Part shown: positions 25,115 through 37,723 of the stretch, one piece after another
Layout: each line of letters begins with the position of its first letter
How positions within the stretch are numbered: the first letter of the stretch is position 1
Origin: Oculina patagonica
Taxonomy: Eukaryota
Direction of reading: 5' to 3'
Assembly (NCBI RefSeq): GCF_052425735.1
Contig: NC_135770.1
Coordinates: 5,704,001 to 5,768,000 of the forward strand
DNA length: 64,000 nt
Position numbers and translations under genes: made by a program
Notes under the pieces: generated by a model
Databases searched by the model: none
Seen by the model: the letters and a program-made list of their open reading frames with translations, nothing else
Told to the model about the DNA's origin: nothing

Positions 25115-26118
25115 GCATTCGGCGAGTAATTAGCCTCCTGCGTGACGGGCACAAAGAGCGTCTGCGTAAAGGCAAGCGAGACACGCGAGAATAGTGACTT
25201 CTGAAACAAAAGCTGTTTTACGTGTAAACAATAGAAGGTTTTTATCTTTTTGTTGATCGAGGAATAATAAGGAATAATCGGAAGCATTTTGCTTTCTCCA
25301 TCACTCAAATGGCTTTTTACGGTCCTTTGTGATATATCGTGGAAAATGAAATCATATGATCAACGAACGCACAAATACAAAATTGTGATCGACAGCAGAT
25401 CGACACAACATAAATGTGGGTCTTTGTGTTTTGTAACGCTGAAGGAAGCTTTCGCCCTAGAGGCACAAGTTTGCTTCTTTTTGTTTTCGCGATCAACTGC
25501 TTTAGCACTAACCAAGAGAGGACACTGCAAAAACAAAAGTTTGCATTGTTCGCTCGCAGGCGGTCTCACCAAAATATGACCCATTATACTGAAACATGCT
25601 TAAGTAGTGCGAAATATTTTATTTACAGAAACATGGTCGATTATAACCGGCTGATAGAAGCAAATCGCTTCTAGAGAGCACGTTTACTTCATTCGGGTGA
25701 CCTCATTGACGTTTATTCATTTTATGTCTTCAGCTCTGCTGCTCAGTTATAACAAATTTAAAACACAATAAGAAAACGACAACCATGAGATAATTCGCAT
25801 TAATTCTCACTAAAATATAGTTTTCAAGTTTCTAGAGTTTCTTAGTACAATTTGCCAGTACAATTTCTGTGTAGCCATGTTGGTAGGCTGAATTCCTGCA
25901 ACTTGTCTTGCCTCATGTCACTGATGCCAGTATATTTTCCTTTGTCCTCGAATAATAAAGCCTTCAGTACAATACGGGTAGAAAACCTCTTTGTTTGCCC
26001 TAGAAGAAAATGCGATAGAGAAGCTTTAGAATCAAATTGCTTGATTTTTCTTATAGCAGTCCTTCTAGGTTTCGACCTGGTAGTACTTAATATTTTAAAA
26101 ATTATTGAAAAAGAATTA

Positions 26119-26550
26119 CCTTATTACATAAAATTTTCGCGACACGTAAATTTCGCGATTTTGAGGTGCACATATTTTGCGACACTTGAGTTTCGCGTTC
26201 TTGAGTAAGAGACAACTTTCTTTCCCTTGGCAATATTATTTTACATGCCCTTGAATTAAACAAAACGAGTTCACCAATGGAACAATAACGTCAAAATTAA
26301 CAAAAACGCAAGGGCGGGACTAAATCTCGCCAATAGCAACAATAGAGCAGTTCTCACAAGTAGGTCATGCTTGTACGTGAGTTACCTTCAGTGGCACTAA
26401 ACTTATTCTTTCTTGATTGTTAACATAATGTGAGTCACTTAACTTCTGCGTCATGTTATGTTCGCGACACCTATTAAAATCGCGTCACTTAAATTTCGCG
26501 ATTATTTGGAATCGCGAAATTCGCGAAATTAACGTGTCGCGAAAATTTCC
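26119..26550. mobile_element. MITE related to 11937-12490, with its right end truncated
   Basis: Starts ta-ccttattacataaaattttcgcgacacg; the inverted cgtgtcgcgaaaattt ends abruptly at ~26550. Confidence 0.7.
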
Positions 26551-26651
26551 GAAAACATCGAAATCAAAACAAGAGTGGAAATTAAGAATAAAAAGCAGTC
26601 TTCAGTGTATCGAAATGAAAAAAAAAAAAGAAAATGAGAAGAAAACTTACT

Positions 26652-26894
26652 TTAACCTTGGCGTTCGTCGTGTTCTCTTGGAATCTGACGATTGCGCTGT
26701 ACGCTGTGATTTTTATTCTCCTCGTCAGTTCTGCTCACACTACGCCTCCTGGCTGCTACAGGTTGCCGTGGCTGATTCTCTTCAACTCGAGCCGGATCCC
26801 GATTCGTTACCGTTAGGTAGTAGATTACAAAGCAGAGGGCCGCAAACTGAAATACAACACACGCTGCGTTCAAAAATTCTTGAATGGGAGACAT
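26652..26894 (-). CDS. Small single-pass membrane protein, copy 5 (MSPIQ subtype, 80 aa; near-identical to copy 4)
   Basis: Same protein as 12993-13238 except for the last residues (ERQG vs ERSGY); GTAAGT donor at 26650. Confidence 0.7.
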   Translation of the reverse strand: MSPIQEFLNAACVVFQFAALCFVIYYLTVTNRDPARVEENQPRQPVAARRRSVSRTDEENKNHSVQRNRQIPREHDERQG

Positions 26895-27474
26895 AGTTAC
26901 GGAATGCGCCGTACTTCAGAATGAGTGAAATAGCTAGCAAGTGAAAGTATGACTCTCTCTGAATTTAATCATCCAGCCATAAAAAATCGTAATCCAACCA
27001 TGCAAGCGCCTAACCAATGGCAGTCAAACATAAAGAGGGGCTTTCCCTGATTTTAACCACTCATGTGTAAGCACGCTGCACGGTCCCATATATTCCGTCC
27101 AAAAACACACACACACACACAAGCTGACAAAGCCGATTAGATAAGTTAGATATTGTAAGCCTTCCAGGTAGCACACCTCTTGACCTTGCGATATAAAATG
27201 CAAAAATGCCTCTCGTTTAATTTGCAGCAATTGTATTTTTGCGGCAGTTGTATCAACATGACTCGAGCAAGTAACAGCTCTTCTAAGTGACTTATAATCA
27301 CAGATTACCGGCGATTACAGACATGCTAGTTAGCGCGACCATGTCTTCTCGGGTTTGTTTCCCAAACGTCTGAACAAGACGAAAAAAACCATTCAAATGA
27401 ATAACTATAACGAAGCGCGTGCAGTATTATTTAGTGCGGCCAGCGCAGCAGGAAGCACATGAGGCTCCTGAGTC

Positions 27475-28350
27475 GCATGAAATCCCATACACAATGCGGG
27501 ACAATGACATTCTTTACTCCTACATTGGTGTGTAATGACGTTCTATTGAATAAGTATAATTTCATCAAAACACATCAAAGCTAAACGATTTTCATCATAA
27601 CACCTGACAAATTCAAACATGTCTAGAATTAATAGTTTCTTAAACCATCGGTCCAAGACACTCTTTACTCCTACGTTAGTTTGTAATGACGTTCTACCTG
27701 TTCTACTGAAGTAGTATAATTTCATCAACACACCTAATAAAGTATAAACATTTCTATAACCCGTTTCTAAAATCAACGGATAAAATCCCATGTACACAAT
27801 GACATTCTTTACTTCTACATTAGTAGTCTTAGTAAGTAGGTAATGATGTTCTATTGAATGAGGATCATTTCACCAAAACACATCAAAAGCTACATGAAAT
27901 TTCATCAAAACACTTGATAAAGTATAAACACGTCAAACCAGCTTTTAAAATCATCGGATGAAATCCCATACACAATGGCATTCTTTACTCCAACGTGAGT
28001 TTGTAATGACGTTCTATTGAATAAGTAGAGCAGTTTTCAATTGAGTGTCGTAAAACCAAAACCAAAGTAATTACTCTGACCAATCACAAAGGACACAGAC
28101 AATCATGTGAACCAATCAAATTTCGAAGCAAATACATGTAGCTGGCACGAAGCGCGGGAAAACGTGCGCGAGCGAGTCACGATTGGTTTTAGTTTTACTC
28201 CTGATTGGCTAAGAAAGTGGCGCGAGATTTTTAAGCCAATCACTAAGCGTAGTAAAGCAAAACCAAAGCAAACGCAATTTACTTTCGACACTCAAGTGAA
28301 AACCGCTCTATAATTACATCAAAATATATCAAAAGCTACACGAAACACCT
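27475..28350. repeat. Satellite array 3 (continues at 32341-32470)
   Basis: Same unit as arrays 1 and 2, interrupted by insertions. Confidence 0.8.
28026..28310 (+). mobile_element. ~285-bp TA-flanked MITE (TAGAGC[A/G]GTTTTCA termini)
   Basis: TIRs visible; further copies at 28353-32340 (split) and 49312-49562 (degenerate). Confidence 0.85.
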
Positions 28351-28352
28351 GA

Positions 28353-31300
28353 TAGAGCGGTTTTCACTTGTAGTGCGGTCCGGTATGTCCGAAAAATCGC
28401 TCCCGTGGGATTTTCGTGCCGAAATTGATTTTTTCGCTGTTTTGCACTAATTTTGGGCCGAATAATAAGAATCCGATGGGGTTCAAATTTTTCGACCGCA
28501 TCTTCCCATGTTTCCGGCTACTTGAGGATTTAATTTATGCTAATGAGATGCTAATTATATGCAGGAATAAGTTTTGTGGATATCTTTGCTCTGATTTAAG
28601 ATTAACGTACCAAATGTTATACGAAGCTTGCTTTTGATTAGTTAAGTCATTTGACTTAAATTGGTTTCCATGGCAACCGGCGATGACGTCAGAATTAACG
28701 ACCTGCTATTTTGGCGGCGGCCATCTTGGATCCGCCATCTTGGATTTTTGAACTCTCACTTTTCTGTAGCAAAACAAAGCATTTTAAATAAACTTTAACT
28801 AACGAATGATTTCCAGTACGAACAATGTCCAGTTAAGTGCAAAAAGGTTCTTTATTCTCCTGTTTTACAGTTTTCTACAAAAATAACATTGACTTTTGTT
28901 AGTCCCATAGTAACAACGCAAACGCTATTTGTCTTCTTTCTGTTACTGATGTTTTATACTTTTGAAGATTTCCGTTTAAAGTGTTCGTGTATTTAAACGG
29001 TTTTGTGGTAATATCTTTGCTCTGACTCCATTTTACACCGAAAAAACTTACAACGTAGTTTGACCTTTTGACGTGCGTCGTATGACTAAAGTTGTTATTC
29101 TTGTGGGTAGAAAACCTATTTAAGTCAATTAAAGTTCGGTTCGTCAGGTAGAAACGCACAATGATGTTTCGTTTCTATTTGTTCTGTCCTGGGTTTCTTT
29201 TTTCTTACATAAAAGAAGGAGAGTGACCGATCAAGGTAAGCGTATTTTAAATTTATCAGAAGGGAAAGCTGAAAGTAAAGCTTAAACAATAAAGTAAGAA
29301 TAATTTGAGAAGCGTTATTGTACGCCAATCAGGAAACATTTAAGGGTATTCTTTGGACATCAAAAATCTGTCATTTATTAGCACACTTTCACACCCAAAA
29401 AACAAAGCTGTAAAACTCAAAACTTTAGGCGTATTTTCACAATTTCGAGTCCTTAAAAGAAACTCGTCAGCTCGAGCTGCACATTTAAGCGTATAGACTA
29501 GGCTTTTATAGATTGTGCTAGCATAATTTTTGGCATAATTGGAGCTAAAAAGCATAATTTGTGAAACGAGCACTGCCACGGCATAATTAGCAATTTTTAG
29601 CACTTTTTGGAGCATAAATTCCTAAAATGTAGTAAATATGGTGTACTTTCTACAGAAATAAATGAAATTTAGGTAGTTTGTTCTTGCAATGCGTGTTTTA
29701 GCTATACAATTGTGATTGTTAAGTCGTTGGAGGCATTTTACAAACGGTTTAGAGATGCGAGCAGCTAATTTGGACAGCTGACGGCCGTGATAAACTGCCA
29801 TAAACACAAATAAATTTACAACAACAGTTTATTTAAAAAACACCATAATTTGGTGTCGTTATTGCGCACCTCTATGTATAGAATCTACGTCATTTTGTGA
29901 GCATAATTTCGGAAATCAGAAGCATAATTTGGGAATTCTGGCATAATTTTTGCATAATTTGGCAAAATTTTGAGCACTGCTAGTAGCATAATATGCCACT
30001 TTTAGGAGCACAATCTATAAAAGCCTAGTATAGACACAAAACACAAATTATTTATTTTAACTTGTTGTTGTTGTTTTGTTAAATAAGAGTCAAGTAGTAG
30101 CGATGAAGTCATGTCTCATTTGGTGTGTATTATCTGCAACGAGGGTTTTGCATTGAATAAGACTCTAACAAGCAACCCTTTAATGATTGAGCATCTGTAC
30201 AAGTACCTTGGGACAGACTGACATCAAGTCACTTACAGACCGGTGAGTGCCGCGAACCGGTCGATAACAGGGGTATGATTGAGCGACTAAGAGTTGCAAA
30301 GCGGGCCTAGACAGACAACTCCTCATCCTCTATCCGGCGAGGCCCTGGTCGTCCTTCTAAGTCATCGACCTCTTCGCGGCCTTAAAGGGCAAGAACACTC
30401 CCTAAGTCGCAGCCCGGTGAAACTGTAATAGATTTACCGCGTTTTTTTTTTTCAGATCAAGTGGGAACAACGCTATTAGAAATAAAGAAAAATACGCAGG
30501 GATAATGCAGAAAACGCCTCAGCACTTAATCGATAACCACAGGAGCTGTTTGCGTTACGCTCAGCGCACCTTCGGCGCTGATTGTGAATGTGGTTCTGTA
30601 AAATAAGTTGTTCGTTCGGCGTGCGATGTAGAATTAGTTCTGGCAGTTCAAAACAAGCTAGCGGACGATAGCGCCAGCTTGAATATGGCTGAAGTAAATG
30701 ACATCTACGTGGCAATATTAAACAGATATTCGATGGAAATAAGCGAAACAGGAAATTACTAAAAGTGATTAAAACAACTTTTAAGTGAGCAGCTTCCAAA
30801 TCTGCAGTTTGTAAGTCGCTGGGTAAAAATGAACCTAACAAAGTTGTATAGTTAGCAGCCGTCAGCAAGGCTATAGATGTACTGTCAGCTCAAATGGATA
30901 GCAAGTAGGGATACCATTAAGGCGATGTTTCGGGAATGCGTGATAAAGAAGTCAACAAAATTGTTAACTTAGCAGGTCAGTTCGCTGTCCAAAACACAAG
31001 AAGTCAAGTCAAGGATCAACCTAAGGCAAATAAGGGATTGAAACACACCGTGCAAACACCTCTCTCAGTCGGTCTGCCCCTCGCTATTCAACCAGTTAGC
31101 CAACGGAGAACTGCCTACTCAAGTTAAAGACCTAGAGGAAATTGTCTGCCAAGTGTTCTGCAAAGCGGGACCTACCACCCTTGCTGAACTTCGATGGGAA
31201 CTCTTTCGATCCAGGAACTTGGAAGCTGAGATGCTGCCTCCAATGCGTGCTTTTTTACTCCCTTACATCATCCGCGCAAACGGATGCGCGACATATCCTT

Positions 31301-32340
31301 TACCACCAGCTGCCCGAATCTTCCACCCCTTAAAGAGAATTGCTTTAGCGAACACCAAGGAGCATTCGTTACTGTTATGTGCCTGTCTCTCCCTGTACTC
31401 TAAGCTGTTGTGGAGCTAAATAAATGCAGCTGCAATTCGGACTGCAAGGGACGCTGTAGTTGTTTTAAGAACAGGCTTCCATGCACTCCTCTTTGTTAAT
31501 GTTTTTTAAAAAACGTTTCAAATCCATTCAAAGGTGACACGCAGGTTGATGATGAGGAAGAGGATGATGCTGCTCTTAGTGCATAAACTTAAGTCAACTT
31601 AACGGGACTCTAGCTACATTAGTATTAGACATAACAGGAGAAAGACGAGTAGAATACTATGGTACTAACAAAGTACATGCGCTTAACTAAAAAGTACATG
31701 TGCTCAATAAAAGGAAGAAAAAATAAGAAAGTTCTGCCCTTATTTGGACATCACTCGTAATGGAAATCATTCGTTAGTTAAAGTTAATCAAAAAAAGGCT
31801 ATGCTTAAGTAGTCAAAAGCAAGCTTTTTATAACGTTTGGTACGTTAATCTTAAATCAGAGCAAAGATATTCGCAAAACTTATTCCTGCATATAATTAGC
31901 ATATAATTAGCATAAATTAAATCCTCAAGTAGCCAGAAACATGGGAAGACGCGGTCGAAAAATTTGAACCCCATCGGATTCTTATTATTCGGCCCAAAAT
32001 TAGTGCAAAACAGCGAAAAAATCAATTTCGGTACGAAAGTCCCACGGGATTACATACCGTACCGCACTATTGAGTGTCGAAAGTAAATTGCGTTTGCTTT
32101 GGTTTTGCGTTCACTACGCTTAGTGATTGGTTTAAAAATCTCGCGCCACTTTCTCAGCCAATCAGAACTTAAACCAAAACCAATCGTGACTCGCTCGCGC
32201 ACGTTTTCCCGCACTTCATGCCGGCTATATGTATTTGCTTCGAGTTTTGATTGGCTCACTGGATTGTCTGTGTCCTTTGTGATTGGTCAGAGTAATTACT
32301 TTGGTTTTGGTTTTACGACACTCAATTGAAAACTGCTCTA
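28353..32340 (-). mobile_element. Second copy of the ~285-bp MITE, inverted and split by the Academ-like element
   Basis: tagagcggttttcacttg | agtgtcgaaagtaaattgcg ... aaaactgctcta rejoins into the reverse complement of 28026-28310. Confidence 0.8.
28371..32069 (+). mobile_element. Internally deleted Academ-like DNA transposon
   Basis: TAGTGCGG...CCGCACTA termini, long (~250 bp) inverted ends and 3-bp TSD TTG; decayed transposase C-terminus at ~31140-31500 (LAELRWELF...LPP..., KCSCNSDCKGRCSCFKNRLPCTPLC). Confidence 0.75.
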
Positions 32341-33091
32341 AAGTATAAACATGTTTATTACCAGTTTCTAAAATCATCGGATGAAACCGTAGACACAATA
32401 ACAACCTTTACTCCTACCTTAGTTTGCAATGACGTTCTATTTAATAAGTGATAATTACATCAAAACACATGCATATATAAAAACTGTGCTCACTTCTTTA
32501 TTCTAGAGAGCAGTTAAACTATAATCGATAGACCTTGACGTTTAGTCGTTCCATGTCATCAACTCTGCTGCTCAGATAAAGCAAATTTAAATTACAATAC
32601 GAAAACAACAACTGTGAGATAATTCGCATTAATTCACTCTAAAATGTAGTATATAAACAGTTTCTCAGTACACAAGACAGTACAATTTGCTGTGAATTCC
32701 ATTCCACTCGACTATTTATAGTGCTGAACTCCTGCAGCAACTTGTCTTGCCTCGTGCCAGTATATTCCTCTGTCCTCGAAAAATAAAGCTTTCAGCACAA
32801 TTTGCGTAGGAAACCTTTTTGTTTATCCTACAGGAAAATATGATAGAAAAGCTTCAGAATTCAGCTCTTTACTTTTGCTTCTAGATTTCCAATCTTATAT
32901 AACTCAACTTATAAAAATTATTGAAAAAACGCATACGAATCACCGCTTCTACCAAGAATTGCACACTGAAACTGAACAGCATAAAAGAACACAGAAAAGT
33001 CATAACAAAATTAGAGTTTGATAATTAAAAACGGTCTTAAATGTTTAAAACTGAAAAAAAATTAGAAGAAAACGATACACACTTACTTTAA

Positions 33092-33340
33092 TTAATAACC
33101 TTGGCGTTCGTCGTGCTCTCTGGGAATCTGGCGATTGCGCTGTACGCTGTTATTTTGATTCTCGCCAGCTCTGCTCACACGACGCCTACTGGAAGCTGCT
33201 ACAGGTTGCTGTGGTTGATACTCCTCCACTCGTGGCTCCCGATTCATTACAATCGTGCAGTAGATTTTGATCAAGAAGCACAGGGCCACAAACAGTAAAA
33301 CAACACACGCTAGGTTGGAAAATTCTTGAATGAGAGCCAT
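33092..33340 (-). CDS. Small single-pass membrane protein, copy 6 (MALIQ subtype, 82 aa)
   Basis: Paralogous ORF; putative 3'UTR intron 33086->32972. Confidence 0.75.
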   Translation of the reverse strand: MALIQEFSNLACVVLLFVALCFLIKIYCTIVMNREPRVEEYQPQQPVAASSRRRVSRAGENQNNSVQRNRQIPREHDERQGY

Positions 33341-34199
33341 GGTGGTTTTGAAATGACTCAGTTTCAGGTGAGATCAGTAAAAATGTTGTTGTCAAGTGCG
33401 AGTATTACTGAATGACGACCGTAGGTCGGCACGGCCCACAGTCATCTAACTGTAACATATGCATCGGTGGTTTCAACTAAACATTTACATAACCACGCAC
33501 GCACGGCGTGCAGAACAAAAACTCGCGGTAGGGAACGTCCCAGATGTCCTATCCGGCTGGAAAATCAGGTAGTGAGGAAATTCACAGCATGATGCCACGC
33601 CGAGAAGAAAGAACAACTGCAAGCGGCTCTAGGTTTCATGATTGAAGATTGTTTGAAAACATTTCCATTCGAAGTATCAGGTGAGTGGTGTGAATCTTTG
33701 TCGTGGAACAATGAAAGTTTAATTTTTACACCAACAATAAAGAAGACGAAAGCCATATTGGTGTTTTCAAAAAGCCCCATTCATTTACAGTTCGATCATA
33801 GCCGCTCAGAGAACTGAAAGCCGTTTAAAAATCATTTAGCTGTAAAGAAAACTGGAAAACATTAAAAAAAACATCATATTAACAAAAACATCCTATCATT
33901 ATGTTAAAAACATCGTACAAATGCAGCAATTAATTCCAATTATCACCATTTAACAACTAAACCATTAGAAAATCATCCATAACTAACAGTCTATTTTCCC
34001 CCTGTCCAAGTTTTTGTCTTATTCAAATTGGCCAAACCGGCCACGAATTGTTCTATGTTTATATGTTGTATTCACATTTTATTTTATTTTCGAATATCCA
34101 TTAATTTCATTTGAAATCAGTGAGACATAACAAAACATTATTTTAAAACTGTCACACCGTGACCTTTTTAGTGTGAATAAATCTGTTAAATTGAAAAGT

Positions 34200-34820
34200 A
34201 TTTGAAAAACTTTGTTTTTGTTTTAGTCACCGTTTTCGTTTTCGATTTTGCTTGTTTGCTTTTTTAACTTTCAAAAATGAAATAATAAAATAGAAAATGG
34301 AAATAAAAAAAATCAAAACAAACAAAAAGATAAAAGGATAAGCTTTAGTACCCGTAAATGTAAATACAAAAACAGAGAAAATAAAATCAAAAACGAAAAC
34401 GAAAACAACTGAATAACAATATTAAAAAAATAAAAATTCCAAAAACGAAATTAAAACGCGAGGATCGAAATGTGAAAACATTGAACAACAACAACATTAA
34501 AGCAAAACCAAAAACGAAAACATTGAAGCAAAAAAAAAACATTGAAGCAAAACCAAAAACGAAATTTTCGCGTGACAAAAATGAAAATTTAAAAAACAAA
34601 ATGAAAAAGCATATATAAAATTTGCAAAATGAAAAACTAAGAAACAAAAAATAAAAAAAAAAATGAAAAACAAAGAAACAAAAACAAAAACGGCTGGTCA
34701 AAACTAAATATAAAAACAAAAACCAAAAAAAGGAAAAGGAAAAACATTAAAACAGAAATGAAAAACAAAGAAACAAAAACAAAAAACAAAAACGGTTCGT
34801 GACCCTTCTGGGCCGCCGTA
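34200..34820. repeat. A-rich low-complexity repeat (aaaaacgaaa-like), probably a decayed transposon end terminating ...gggccgccgta
   Basis: Base composition; absent from the paralogous flanks at ~3720-3900 and ~57500-58600. Confidence 0.55.
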
Positions 34821-36773
34821 GGAAACAAGTCGCCGGCTAATTCAAAAGCCGAGGCGATTAGTTTTTACGTAATAGAACTCGTAATAAACCACCTCTCGGC
34901 AGTCCGGGTTTTAAATAAACATTTCATATTTAATAGTTGGAATCGTAAGAAGAAGTCGACAGGTATCTCTCTTCAAGATTCGAGTGATTGAGTTACACAC
35001 ATACGCGGGCATACGCGTAAAAGCTCCAATTTCTCCCTGTGCCTACTGCTCTCTCGCGCCGGCCCAGAACTTCACGATTCACTGAGACATTACGACTGAA
35101 CGAGTTCCTCAGTGAAGCATAAAACCTCCTAAGTAACCAGCGCGAAGGCAGATGTGTATCGGCATGTTATTGTAAGCAGCATTAACAGCAATTAAAAGCT
35201 AAGAATCAAGCTGTTGAATTTTCCTCCATCAGAAAACGATTTCTACTGAAATTAAAAGTATTTCTGTGTCGTTTGCGCGGACAAAGAAATACTCTGAAAG
35301 CGTTTCCAATGAAGTGACGTGTCCTGGAACAACCTCTTCGTTCGGTCTTTAAAAATAAATTAACTGTAAAAAAGATATGTGCCATTTTCTATTCGTTTGA
35401 AGTGCACGCACAGCATGGGGGAAGTCTATTAATTAAGAGGCTGTCCACGGGAAAACCACACAGAAGGTGCTGAATTAAGCTTGGATCGCGGATTTCAGTG
35501 CCCATATTTTGCATATAAGACAATGGAAGGCAATTTTTTTTTGTCAAGTGCCTCTTAGGGTCCTAAATCATATTGTACGGTGTACGATGAGTATCATGCG
35601 TTAAAATCTTGAAAAAATACATAAAATCTTGAAAAGTGACATGAAATCTTGAAAAACACGAAAAAAATCTTGAAAACAAAGTGAAAAATCTTGAAAAACG
35701 CGGAAAATCTTGAAAAACGCGAAAAAATCTTGAAAACGCGAAACAAATCTTGAAAAACGCGAAAAATCTTGAAAAACGCACAAAAATCTTGAAAAACGCG
35801 AAAAAATCTTGAAAACGCGAAAAAAATCTTGAAAAACGCGAAAATCTTGAAAAACGCACAAAAATCTTGAAAAACGCGAAAAAATCTTGAAAAACGCGAA
35901 AAATCTTGAAAAACGCGAGAAAACTTGAAAAACAGCAAACAATCTTGAAAATCACGCGAAAATCTTGATATAAACGCTGGAAGCTTGAAAATTATCATGA
36001 AAAGGTGAAATGAGATCTTGATCTCACGTGACACGACGTGCTTGTTGAATACATGTCTGTTAGGCCAAACACGACTCCCGTTGGCCGCTTAAAGTTAACC
36101 TTCAGTCTGTTTAATTAAGGATTTTACGTTCTTTAGATCTCTAGAGCTGTTTCGGTAAAAATATTAATGCCATTATGTTTGCTTGTTCTGTGGCATGTTC
36201 AGTTAAATTAAAAGAATATTGTTGTCTCACTGTCTGGAACGTGTATCGGATCAGTGGACCTCTCGAACATAGCCTGCAGAACAGGCGCTTTTCAGTTTGC
36301 GGGTCGAGGCGCGAAGTGCTAGGTTTTTATTTAGCGGGTCACGCGAGGGCGAGCGCGAAGCGCGAATGAAAAATATAAAAACCGCCTGTTCTGCAGGCTA
36401 TCTCGAACAATGATTTTGTTTATCACAAGCGTGCGGTCAGCTCGCAGGATTGTTTCTTTTCAACGGATGCGAAGATCTAAAGGCCCGGCCAAACGATCGC
36501 AACATTTGAACGCAACATATGCCAACATTGTTGCGTTCAGATGTTGCGATCATTTGGCCACCCTGTTGCAACATGTTGCAACATGTTGGATGATGTTGGG
36601 CCAAGTTTGAAAATGGTCAAATTTTTCACCCAACATCTCGCAACATTTTTGGATGTTGCGTAGTGTTGTATTCGTTTGGCCACATTCACGCAACATTGTT
36701 GCGCCTAAGCATGCGCACTAGTTCGATTTGTCGTTTCAAAGAGCCAGTGGAATCATGGGTTTTTGTCTTTAAA

Positions 36774-37655
36774 ATGGCGGACAATGGCGCGCAATTTGAA
36801 GAGGCAAAAAAGAAAACGCCAAGAAAGTGGACCGAGAAGGATACAAATTCTCTGATAGATATGTTGGAGGCCCGTCCCTGTCTATGGAACGTATTTGAGA
36901 AATCATACCACTCAAGGGAGGCTCGAGAAAAGGGGTATGAAGAAATACAGATGGCCCTTGAAGTTAGTGCCGCGGACATTAAGGCGAAGATAACTTCTTT
37001 GCGTTCCCAACTTGGGCGTGAACTCAGCAAAACCAGGACTACAAAGTCTGGACAAAGTTTAAGCGACTCATACAAGTCCTCGTGGATTTTCTGGCAAAGA
37101 TTACAGTTTTTGGTCCCCGTGCTAAACGCCGGAAAAAGTAAAGACAACCTGAGCATTGCTCACGAACTCGAAAATGACGAGACAGCAGATGAATTGGCGA
37201 AGGTGGTGGTAAATTTGGAGCAGGAGAGTGAAGGTACCAGTGCGGATCAGTTGGGTCAAAACTCAGGTTACAAAAAAACAACCAAAAAAAAACGCATGAA
37301 TGAAAAAAAAGAGGAGCTCTTTTCGAGCTGCATACGAGCGCTACAAGAGCCTCCTCCAAAGCTAGAAGCTGCGCAAAAGGTGAGCGCCTTCGCGATGTAT
37401 GTAGACGAAAAACTAAACAAACTGGACAAGAGAAGCAGATCAGTAGCCGAAAAACGAATAAACGACATTTTATTCGAACTAGAAATGGGAGGGGAAATTA
37501 ATACCCAACCCCCTGCTCATACACAGCAGTTTCAGCAATTCTCGTCCAGCACCGACGGTGGCAATACGACCTACTTGCAGAATTCAGTGGCCATGGGCAG
37601 GCGGGATTCTGGACATTTTATGTCGCTGTTGAAACCAGACGAGCAATATTACTAA
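36774..37655 (+). CDS. Harbinger-associated Myb/SANT-like (MADF) DNA-binding protein, 293 aa
   Basis: aaaATGG start; W..KDT..LI...EARPCLW.......R....Y..I......I..KI.SLR.Q..RE...KSG......Y.SSW.FW..LQFL MADF pattern; BESS-like segment near the C-terminus. Confidence 0.85.
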   Translation: MADNGAQFEEAKKKTPRKWTEKDTNSLIDMLEARPCLWNVFEKSYHSREAREKGYEEIQMALEVSAADIKAKITSLRSQLGRELSKTRTTKSGQSLSDSYKSSWIFWQRLQFLVPVLNAGKSKDNLSIAHELENDETADELAKVVVNLEQESEGTSADQLGQNSGYKKTTKKKRMNEKKEELFSSCIRALQEPPPKLEAAQKVSAFAMYVDEKLNKLDKRSRSVAEKRINDILFELEMGGEINTQPPAHTQQFQQFSSSTDGGNTTYLQNSVAMGRRDSGHFMSLLKPDEQYY

Positions 37656-37723
37656 GGCCACAGATTCAATAACCTTAAACTAATTACATAGCCGGACACA
37701 ACCATATTTGAACTTTAAGAATA

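Noticed and set aside
35563-36034. Phe/Arg-rich ORFs (also 45408-45767 and 34387-34828)
   Set aside because: Translations of transposon terminal arrays or low-complexity DNA.
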